From: Pocillopora damicornis
Lineage: Eukaryota
Length of the DNA: 64,000 bases
Direction: 5' to 3'
Assembly: GCF_003704095.1 (NCBI RefSeq)
Contig: NW_020845304.1
Location: 248,001-312,000 of the forward strand
Every line of letters starts with the position of its first letter. Position 1 is the stretch's first letter. Positions 51,338 to 61,407 of this stretch are shown piece after piece. The position numbers and the translations under genes are program-made. The notes below the pieces were generated by a model. It made no database searches. It had not been told where the DNA came from and saw nothing but the letters and a program-made list of their open reading frames with translations.

Positions 51338-54300
51338 ATGGCCACAGCTGCTGCTCCAGTGTCATTTTCATCTACTAAAGAGACCACCAATTATGCAAGA
51401 CTTTGTCGTCTCCTGGTTGATGTGGGATCTTATGTGCTGCGAGACAAGTTTGACAGTATTCATCCTCCAACAGATCTTTACAAAGACTTGATAACACATC
51501 ATGCCACACTACAGCTACTTCAAAGGAGGAAGGTTGTAAATCCAACACAATGGGGAAACCTCTACCCTCCAATACGCACCTCAGTATCATCAAAAAACTT
51601 TGATATAACTCTTCTGACAGTCCTACTAAGGAACATTTGTAGCCTAAGTCCACCAGCCACTGGATGGGATGCACTTCCACCTGCCACAGATATGAGCTCA
51701 GAGGCTGACATTGCCCGAGTGAAATACTTCAGAAATACAGTGTATGGCCATGCTGAGAAGGCTTCTGTGGATGATGCTACATTCCATGTGTATTGGCAAG
51801 ATATCAAAGATGCTTTGGTGAGACTTGGAGGGCCTGCATATGAAGTAGCAATTGATAATCTTAAAAATGAGTGCATGGACCCTGTATTTGAAGAACACTA
51901 CAGAGAACTTCTAAAGGAATGGAAGAGAGATGATGATAACACCAAAGACAAACTGGATGAAATTGATCGGAAACTTGAAGAACTGATATTGAAAGCTTCA
52001 ACAAGCACGCCATTGCCAAAAGGTAGATTTTAAATTTACTAATTAAGAGTGGTGAGGACGGAAGGAGAGGGAGAAACAAATTATAATAGAGAAGGGGGAG
52101 GAAAACAGAGGTGGACCTAATTAGGACAGAGGAAACTAAGAAAAATCTCCCAATCTTGTCATTAAATCATATTTTCCATTTCACTTTCCATTTCTACTCT
52201 TTATTTCACTTTTTTTATTCCTTATTTTGTTTCCTTTCAGTTTTTTCCTTTTTCTTCTTTCCCTTGATTTATTCAAATTCTCTTGACAATTCTTCTTATT
52301 TGAAGTATAAAAGGGAGAAAATTAAGCAATCAAACACAATTGCAAGTTTTTGTTTTATTTATTCAGTACCATAATGAAAGCAAAATTAATCCTTTATTTA
52401 CCTAGTTTATCTTAATTTAATTTCAGACGTTGAAGAGCCAACTGAACTTATAGAAAGGATTCGCCAACTTTACCAGACATGCGAAGGACGACTTTCACCA
52501 TTTCCATGGTGTGAGGGCTTCAACTTTGACATTAATGATATATTTACCAGGCCAACCATTGTCAGGCGAGACAAAACTAGACGAACAGCTGCAGAACAGG
52601 TAACCAGCATCACTGGAGTCTTTAAACCTCACAGTGGAATCTCCAAGCCCAGAACTGTCCTGATTGAGGGAGAACCTGGAATTGGCAAGACAACCTACTG
52701 TCAAAAGGTAGTGTATGACTGGGCCAATGGTCAAGAAACTGACCCCTCTTTCCCAAAAATCAAATTGGTTCTCCTGCTCAAATGTCATGACCTGTCAGGA
52801 GACATCTGGGAAGCAATTGATGATCAGCTACTTCCTCGAAACATTGATGAAAAGGCAAAAGAGAACTTCTTCAAATACATCAATGCCAATCAGTCCCAAG
52901 TACTGCTGATACTTGATGGATTGGATGAAGCACCATCTAATTGTACAAAGATGTTTTCTGACCTTGTTGAGAGCAGGGAGCTTCCAAAGTGTCACATCAT
53001 TCTTACATCCAGGCAAGAAGGTAGTGTCAAGATAAGCAAGTTTTGTGATAGCTTGTTTCAAATAGAAGGATTTGCTTCAGAGAATTCTCACAATTATATC
53101 ATGCATTACTTCAAAGACTTGGAGGCACAGGGACAAAACCTTTTGCAGGACATAGAACAAAGTATTGAACTTGAAGAACTGATTGCAAACCCCTTATTCA
53201 CAGCAATGCTTTGCCTTGTTTATGAGGATTTAAACAGTGGTCTGCCTCTAAGCAAGACACAGTTGTATCTTGAAATCACTGAATGCATTCTTAAGAGATT
53301 TTGCCAAAAGCAAGGGTTGCCTCACAATAATGAAAACCTAACTGAAGTTTACAAGGAAGAGCTGGAACAATTGGGAAGTATAGCCTTGAAGGCCTTGAAG
53401 AAAGATAGAATGCATATTGAAGACAGTGAATTTCCCGCCACAACAGGAAAATCACCTCTATTTGAATTTTTATCAGTTCAGTCTAACAGTAGCAAAAGAA
53501 GATCCCAGTCATGCTACCGATTTTCACACAAGAGTTTTCAAGAATTCTTTGCAGGTCTTTATCTCTCTGACCAAATTTTGAAAGGGGAAACAGACTTTGA
53601 GACTCTCCTTGAAAGTGAAAGAGCCACTCTTGAACCAGTCCTTTTGTTCACTGTTGGTATTCTTGGCCATAAAAGAGAAAATAGAGCCTTGTCTCTTTTA
53701 CATATCATTATCAAGAAAGCCAATCTTTTCAAAAACTATAAGTTTCAAAGTTTTTATTTGAGCTTTGCTTTAAAGTGCATTGGTGAATGCTCCACAGAAA
53801 ATTCAGGACTTCGATCCCAGATGACAAATTTGCTAGGAACAAACCTAGAACTTCAAGAGATGATAATATCTGACAAAAGTTTTCCCATTAAGTTGTTTGT
53901 TGAGGCCCTTCAAGTTAACAGCACACTTGCTCATTTATGCATCATGGTTCCATTTTTTGGAGACCAGTTTATTGTGTCATTGGCAAATATACTTCGAGTC
54001 AATAAAACTTTAACTTCAGTTGACTTTTTGACAAATGGTATTGTCAGTGCACATGGTGTGCAGCAACTGGCTGATTCTCTAATGGATAGCAAAACACTAA
54101 ATGACTTACTGTTAAGCGGAAATGCATGGGGCAATGATACAGTCAGGATCTTGGCAGGTTATTTGAAGAGGAGTGTAAGCTTGAGTTCTTTTCATCTAAC
54201 TGATAGTGACATTGGTGATGCAGGAGCCACAGCACTTGCAGAGGTTTTAAGGACCAACACCACTTTAAACAGTTTGGGCCTTTGTGGTAACCCAGGCATT

Positions 54301-55386
54301 GGTAATCCCAGTGTTATGTCACTGTGTGATGCTCTGAAAGTGAACACAACCCTTAGCTCATTAGATTTGTCTGAAACTGGTATTAGTGATGCTGGTGTTC
54401 TTTCTCTTGTGGAAGTTCTCAAAACTAATACCAGCAGCCTAACCTCATTGTTCCTGTCAGATATCAAAATAAGTCATCAAAGTTTAAAGTCTATCGCAGA
54501 AGTCTTGAGAGTCAACTCTACTTTGAAAGACCTTAAATTCGAAGGAAATAAGGTTGGTTTTGGTGGAACAAAGTTGATTGCTGAAAGCCTTAAAGCCAAT
54601 ACAACCCTGAAACTTCTAAGTCTCTCAAGGAACAACATCAAAGCTAAATGTGGCTGTTTATTTTCTGATTCCCTCAAAGTTAATGGGACACTGGAATCTC
54701 TGACTTTGGCAGAGAATGCCCTTGGTTCTCGTGGTGCCCGACTTCTATCAGAAGGGCTCAGAGTGAATACCTCACTTAGACATCTGGACCTGTCTTGGAA
54801 TTCCATTGGCAGTGAAGGTGCAGAGTCAATTGCAGAGACCATCAGAGTTAATGCTTCACTGACCAGCTTGAAGCTAGTAGGGAACAATATTGGTGATCCT
54901 GGAGCCAACAAAGTCTCTGAAGCTCTTAAAGATAATGTCTCTTTGGAGAAACTGGATTTGTCAGGTAATGCCATTGGTGCTGCTGGAGCTGAGTCAATTG
55001 CTGAGGCCCTTAAAAGTAATGCTACTCTGACTATTTTAGACCTTAGTCTTAATGTCATTGGTGATAATGGAGCCCAATCACTTTGTGAGGCTCTTAAGAA
55101 AAATGCCACCTTGACCAAGCTGAGTGTTTCTGACAACAATATCCATTCAGCTGGTGCTCAAGCATTTGATGAGCTCCAAGGACATAATAACACCTTAAAG
55201 AAAGTAGCTATGATCATGAACAATATTGGTGACCTAGGTGATCATGGGGATCAAGAATTTAATGAAGTCCCCATGGGAAGCTGGCCTTTTTTTCCTATTT
55301 CACATGATCTTTCACTGCACTGTACTGATCAAGGAAGCTTTGATGTACTTGTTTCTAAAGAGACTTTGATGCTACCTCAACAGTGA
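51338..55386 (+). CDS. NLR immune receptor: DZIP3-like HEPN + NACHT + RI-like LRRs (NLRC3-like), two coding exons
   Basis: Exon 1, 51338-52022: TTNYARLCRLLVDVG, FDITLLTVLLRNIC, ADIARVKYFRNTVYGHA, coiled coil. Phase-1 GT-AG intron. Exon 2, 52427-55386: Walker A GEPGIGKT, Walker B LLILDGLDE, ILTSR, NPLF, FSHKSFQEFFAG, and roughly 15 28-aa repeats (LxxNxTLxxLxLxxNxIGxxGA). No internal stops. Confidence 0.92.
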
Positions 55387-56372
55387 AGCAATTTGTAAAT
55401 AACCAAATGGAAGGCAAGTTGTAAAAAGCTAATTTCATTTCTGTGCTGGAATTGATAAGGATGACATCCATGAAAAACTATGTTTACTTGTGGACAGTGA
55501 AGTTAGATCTCTTCCCTCTGACAAGAAGCTATTGAGGACTGGTTTGAGCCTGAGTACAACTTGGATTTCTCTCCAGTTGGCTGGTGTGAAAAGAGGAAGG
55601 CCCTCTGACATCCTCCTCAAACCTCTAATTTTTCTGGGAGTGAACCAAAAAAGTTCTCTTTCCTAGACTTGCAGAAAGCTCCCATGTTTTTCTCATATGA
55701 AGGAGATCCAAATTCACTGACAAGGAACATGTTCCTTTTCTGCTATTGCAGTCTGAGGATTAAGTAATGCATAAGTTTAACCATATACAAAAGAAAATGG
55801 TGTGTTTAGATGTTTATTCGTATGTTTACCTAATAATATATATTCTAAACCAAAATGGCCAAATATGTTTCAAAGATAAGGTTAAGGAAAAGCAAAGGTT
55901 GTTACTACCAACATAAAATCACCTTACAGTTTAGGAGAGTAGAGCTAAGTCTTCCTCACAGCTGACATCAGTTATCACACAGGTAGCCCAACCTCACAAA
56001 ATGAGCCTCTGTAAAGATGTAAATATGTTTATGTTGTGTGATAATCCCATAAGAAGAAGGTTAATTTTAAGTATATATTATAGGTTCAAGTTTTTAGGTT
56101 GAGGGTGAAACTGTTTATTCCCATAAAAATCCTTACATTCCACCCACTAAGCAACATAGAAATATTTTCATAGTTACAGACACTCATTTTTTGTGCTTTG
56201 GCTACTTGTGGCTAAGAAAACAGATTTATGCTCAGGCTTTAAGGTATCAATCAGTGACAAAACTGAAAAANNNNNNNNNNNNNNNNNNNNNNNNNNNNNN
56301 NNNNNNNNNNNNNNNNNNNNNNNNNNNNNNNNNNNNNNNNNNNNNNNNNNNNNNNNNNNNNNNNNNNNNNAG

Positions 56373-56488
56373 TTCGTGGAAAAGTTTCAATTTTAGGGGG
56401 CCTCTTGAATAGGTCAAAGGCCACCATAGTTTCTTCAGAAACTTACCACCTTCAGTTCAATGATCAACTTTTTCGGTTCTGTAGTACT
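56373..56488 (-). repeat. Right copy of the ~116-bp inverted repeat pair flanking the NLR
   Basis: Reverse complement AGTACTACAGAACC...GGTGGTAAGTTTCTGAAGAAACT...GAGGCCCCCTAAAATTGAAACTTTTCCACGAA matches 49212-49327. Confidence 0.8.
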
Positions 56489-56844
56489 TTTCTTAGTGTC
56501 TCAAACACAGTCGACGGTGTCGATAAGATGGAAGAATGAGCAAAAACACTGGCAATGTTCGTGAGAAACCTTATGGCCGACAAAAGAAAAAAAGGAAGAG
56601 ACTTGCGGTGTCACGTGCGATTTCTCTGTCACGCGATAGTCAATTTTAGTAATGGTTCTAGGTTATGCGGAACATGTGTCATATATAAGCCTCTGTGGCC
56701 AGGTGGTGGACCATCGGAAAGGAGCAGAAGAGCTATTCCAAAATTTAATCTTTTTCCACGCTCGTTACATGGCGAAAAAAAAAGCTTTCTTCAGTGGTGG
56801 TTCTTTCACTTCACAGCACGTCACACTACGTCACACTAATATGT

Positions 56845-58430
56845 AATATCTAGGGGATTATTAGTTGATCGAAACCAAATTCTCCAAACTTACATTTTAA
56901 GAATTGTGTGACAGACAGTAAGGAGAATTATTAATGAGATTTGTGAGTGAAATGGTTTGGATGAGCTCCAGAAACCTTTTTGGATGAAAAAACCATTCTT
57001 TGATTTGGTGTAATTTTAAAAGTTTAGGTACATAATTTAAGCATAAACTCCCCTCCCCTTCCTTCCCCTGTGGCCCTTACTTGAAATGTACTTTTATTTA
57101 TATATATATTTAGAAGAAACACGTTAAGCTTTGGGTGTGATTATATTTTGAAGAACAATTTAATTTGGAATTGTTTTATTCCAGTGTTGTATGGTGATTG
57201 GAGTGATCATATGTTGGGTGGCGGAGGCACAGGGATGATCCTAATGTCTTATTTCTCAAGTACCAAGACTTGATTAAGGTTAGATTGTGTTTTAGTGTGT
57301 TTTATAAAATTCCATTTTCACACTTATTCATTCAACAACCAAATCAAAGTAGGTTGATATCAGATAGTGCATTATTATATTTTTAATTACCATCACAACA
57401 GGTTGGGGTCTGTCAGTCTTTAGCGAGAGGTGTATCCTTACGAGGTGGTTTCTTTAGCAACAATTATAAGCATGCCAAGGTTTTTTTTCTTTCTTATCCC
57501 TTTTGAATCCCAGCAGTGACTAGCATCCTATTTCTCCTTACAGTGTTACAGCTGAAGCAAACGTCAAGGTTATGAGAATGAAGAAAATGATCACCAACTA
57601 CAGTAGCTTTGGTTATCAAATAAATCCTCCTTGCCAATACCATAACAAATGTAAAGAGAGCAGTATGGANNNNNNNNNNNNNNNNNNNNNNNNNNNNNNN
57701 NNNNNNNNNNNNNNNNNNNNNNNNNNNNNNNNNNNNNNNNNNNNNNNNNNNNNNNNNNNNNNNNNNNNNAGCATGCTTATAATTGTTGCTAAAGAAACCA
57801 CCTGGTAAGTAGACACCTTTGGCTGAAGACTGGCAGACCCCAACCTGTTGTGATGGTTAAATAAAATCTTACACTATCTGATATCAACCTACTTTAACTT
57901 GATTGTTGAATAAATACATGTAAAAATGGAATTTTTTAGAACACAATAAATTACAATCTAACCTTAATCAAGTCTTCATACTTGAGAAATAAGACATTAG
58001 GATCATCTCTGTGCCTCCACCAGCCTAACACATGATCACTCCAATGACCATACGACACTGGAATAAAACAATTACAAATTAAATTGTTCTTCAAAATATG
58101 ATGACACCCATCCACAGCTTAATTTGTTTATTCTACATTATGCCAGAGAATAAACATGCAGGCAGAACAGGGAAGTACATTTGAAGTAAGGACCAGAGGG
58201 GAAGGAAGGAGAAGGGAGGACATTATGCTTAAATTGTGTAGCTTAACTTTTAAAAACTATATACCGAACCCACGGACAGATTTTTTCATCCAAAAAGGTT
58301 TTCGAGTTCACTCTGACCATTTCACCCAAAAATTTCACTAATAATTCTTCTTATTATCTGTCACATAATTCTGATGATGTAACTTCAGAGAATTTGGTTT
58401 AGATCAACTGATAATCCCCTAACAGATATT
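56845..58430. repeat. Diverged inverted duplication (~630-bp arms: 56845-57475 and 57770-58430) around an N gap
   Basis: GGTGGTTTCTTTAGCAACAATTATAAGCATGC pairs with GCATGCTTATAATTGTTGCTAAAGAAACCACC. Similarity continues outward with many substitutions and includes a shared TTAA-MITE segment. Confidence 0.85.
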
Positions 58431-58675
58431 TTCCCTAACTCTCAGTTGTTGTCTGCTAGATATTATATCGATATTGTAAGAGGAAATTCTCTCTTGGTCA
58501 ATCGTGGGAGTAAAAGAGTTATTAAATACATCTTCCTGGTTGACTTGCATACTGTGGGTAACACAGTTGTTTCATCAACACTTAATTTCTGGAAATGTTC
58601 CAAAATCTTTTTCTTTTTAGCCTCTAGGAAAAATCCCTGTCCCATTCTTACCATTCATGCAAAAGTAAAACTCAC

Positions 58676-59253
58676 CTTTCCCAGTTGCAAATAATCTGGC
58701 AAAAAATTCCCATGGACCATTATACCCAGCAAGAGAACCATGTTCCTTCATAAATTCATAAAATGACACAGCCAAATCCTTAGGATTCCGTGCAATATAA
58801 ATATATTTGCACCTTTCGTCATCGCCCTCTCCTTGAGGAATGACATCGTGGGTCAAATGAGAATGAAGAAGCCGTGGACTGGGGAGAGTTGTGACATCAG
58901 CACGGTCACGCTCCAAAAACGAAACTCGGTCAAAAATCATTTTTGTACTTTCTGCGCCGTTATTATACACCTGCCAAAGGATCTCTGAAATCCATGTTGT
59001 CCCTTGAATAAAAATGCATTGCAAATTATTACTTCTTTTTACTTACCTAATCATTCAGTCATAAACACAAAACATTGGCAGGTCAAGCTTCTTTACCTGA
59101 TTTCGGATAAGTCACAACAAACACATCATTGTGTCTTGTTTGGAAATTGATGATCATCTCGCGCAGTGCTGCAGGATTTTTTGTGAAAAAGTCATGAATT
59201 GGAACTCCTTCCAACAGAATTGTTCTTGGTGATGTCCACTCTCCTTCCTTTAC
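58676..59253 (-). CDS. Cytosolic sulfotransferase (SULT1-like), partial (two exons visible)
   Basis: Exons 59097-59253 and 58676-59002 give the 5'-PSB loop DVFVVTYPKSG|TTW, catalytic-His region PRLLHSHL and 3'-PB motif RNPKDLAVSFY. Start and 3' exons are not seen. Confidence 0.88.
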
Positions 59254-59494
59254 CTGGGTANNNNNNNNNNNNNNNNNNNNNNNNNNNNNNNNNNNNNNNN
59301 NNNNNNNNNNNNNNNNNNNNNNNNNNNNNNNNNNNNNNNNNNNNNNNNNNNNNNNNNNNNCAGCTTTGCCCAGTTGCAAATTTATTTATAGTTTTTACCG
59401 AACTGTGTTACAGCAAGTACATTGCGATCGGCCGGCGGTGACCTGCTGCGTTGATTCTTGTGTTGAGTCTTCCGGTGAAAATAAGGTAGCCCGC

Positions 59495-59901
59495 TACGGT
59501 GCTGTCCACTTTTATCGCGCGATAAAGAATAAATTGTCGCGCGATAAACGATAAATTATCACGCGAGAAAAAAAAGTTATCGCGTGATAAGTGATAAATT
59601 GTCGCGCGATAAATGATAAATTATCGCGCGAGAAATGAAAAGTTATCGCGCGATAAATGATAAATTATCGTGCGATAAACGAAAAACTTGTTAGGTCGCA
59701 CGTGATCGGCTGTTAAAAAAAAATGTGGCATGTCCTCTATGGGCCAACGATCCACGTACGACCTAACAAGTTTCCCATTTGTCGCGTGATAATTTTTCAA
59801 TTATCACGCGATAATTTCAATTTATTGCGCGATAAATGAGATTTATCGCCCCCCCAACAAAAAAAAAAAAAAATGTGGCATGTCCTCAATGGATCACCGT
59901 A
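59495..59901. mobile_element. MITE-like element with a tandem array of the palindrome TTATCGCGCGATAA (~22-bp period)
   Basis: Ends TACGGTG...CACCGTA. About 8 palindrome copies at 59512-59678 and about 4 more at ~59779-59850; internal inverted repeat AACTTGTTAGGTCG / CGACCTAACAAGTT. Confidence 0.65.
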
Positions 59902-60284
59902 TGGTGCCGGAAAACTAATGTTGTGCCAGAAAATTAAAGTAGCATGGAATGTTAAAGTCACGCCAGAATGTTAAAGTTGTGCCGGAATGTTTATGTCGTC
60001 CCGGAAAGTTGAAGTCGTGCCGAAAAGCTGAAGTCGTGCAGGAATGTTGAAGTCGTGAAGGAGAATTGGAGCCGTGAAGGAAAGTTGGAGTCGTGAAGGA
60101 AAGTTGGAGTCGTGAAGGAAAGTTGAAGTCGTGAAGGAAGTTGAAGTCGTGAAGGAAAATTGAAGTCGAGAAGGAAGTTGAAGTCGTGCCGGGAAAAAAC
60201 TGAGATGGTGAAAAATAAAGTTGAGATGGTCAAAAAATAGTTGAAGAGAAATGCGAAATGGCACTAACTGGGTTTTTTACCGTA
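59902..60284 (+). repeat. ~19-20-bp minisatellite (AAGTTGAAGTCGTGAAGGA) ending in a CCGTA terminus
   Basis: More than a dozen degenerate units; the terminal AAATGGCACTAACTGGGTTTTTTACCGTA resembles the neighbouring element end. Confidence 0.75.
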
Positions 60285-61407
60285 GTGTTAGGTGTCCCAA
60301 TTCACAACCCGCACGAATGTCACGCAGTCTATTTTCATACACTGTTCGGTGCGCGCGACGATCTTCAACACCATCGCTCCAGTCTCCGCTCCCCTGTTAG
60401 AACAGGGAGGGCATTGGAACGACTCTGTATTCGAGGACCAGCCTTGGCGTTTGTTGCAAAGTTTGAAAGTACGGCTTCGCGCGGAAGGACAAATTGAGTA
60501 TTCAATTTGCGTTTATGCACTAAATCATTTTGTCAAGAACGTCTCATTTAAATTATTGTGTTTTAAGATTTACCAGGTGGTTAGTTGGAAGATTTTTTAA
60601 TTAGATAGATTGTGAGCGAAATGAAAAATGAGAAAGTCATTGACAAAATTGAGGATTTAACTGATTAGTAAATATTCAAAGAATAATTTCTGGAAATATC
60701 CCCTCAGGACGTGAAGGGCTCTAAACACTACGAATGAGAATATCCTCTTAAAGTGATGGATTATATTGCTTTATCGACTGCAATAACAATGTAATAAAAG
60801 TTCAGAGAGCATAAATCTTTGACTCAATGATTAATTTCCCTCAACTTGAGTAATAAAATTTTGATACAGTTTTCAGCTGCCTTACCTCGCGCGCACCGAT
60901 AACTTCATATAAGCTATACATTTCCTATAAGATGCAATCTTGAATCAACGCTGTACTGAGCTCCTCTAAATTCCATCCTTTAAACCGTAGAAACTGAAAA
61001 TCTGTTTTTTATTACACTCACTAGCTAAAACCGAGATTTTTGTTAATGCAATGTCCACGGCGAATTGTGATATGATCATACACTTAAATTAAAATGTCAA
61101 AATATGTAATTGCATACGAAGTGATACTTGAGACGGAATTTACAAAATGTCAAAATCTTTTGAAATATCGTTTAAGCGAACATAAAATCTTCAATTAGAC
61201 AACTCAAAATTTATAACTTCAGTTCAAGTAAAAGAACCTTGATTCAGAACAGTTACAATCTGTCGGCTGGATCACACGGAGAAAAAGTAATGTAATCATC
61301 TTCCTATCTAACCTCTGCTTTTGAATAACTAATCTTAACTCGTAACAACATCCTATACCAGTCTATGCGTTAGCTAACTTTTCATTTCATGTTGTAGCGA
61401 TTACCAG

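Noticed and set aside
54192-55139. Antisense ORFs (91 and 220 aa) over the LRR region
   Set aside because: Shadow frames of repetitive LRR codons with no independent motifs.
55435-55760. Coding-looking stretch downstream of the NLR stop
   Set aside because: It is interrupted in all frames and has no recognisable motif; probably 3'UTR.
59512-59850. Regularly spaced palindromic repeats resembling a CRISPR array
   Set aside because: Spacers are only ~8 nt and similar to each other, there are no cas genes, and the context is eukaryotic. This is a transposon-type tandem array.
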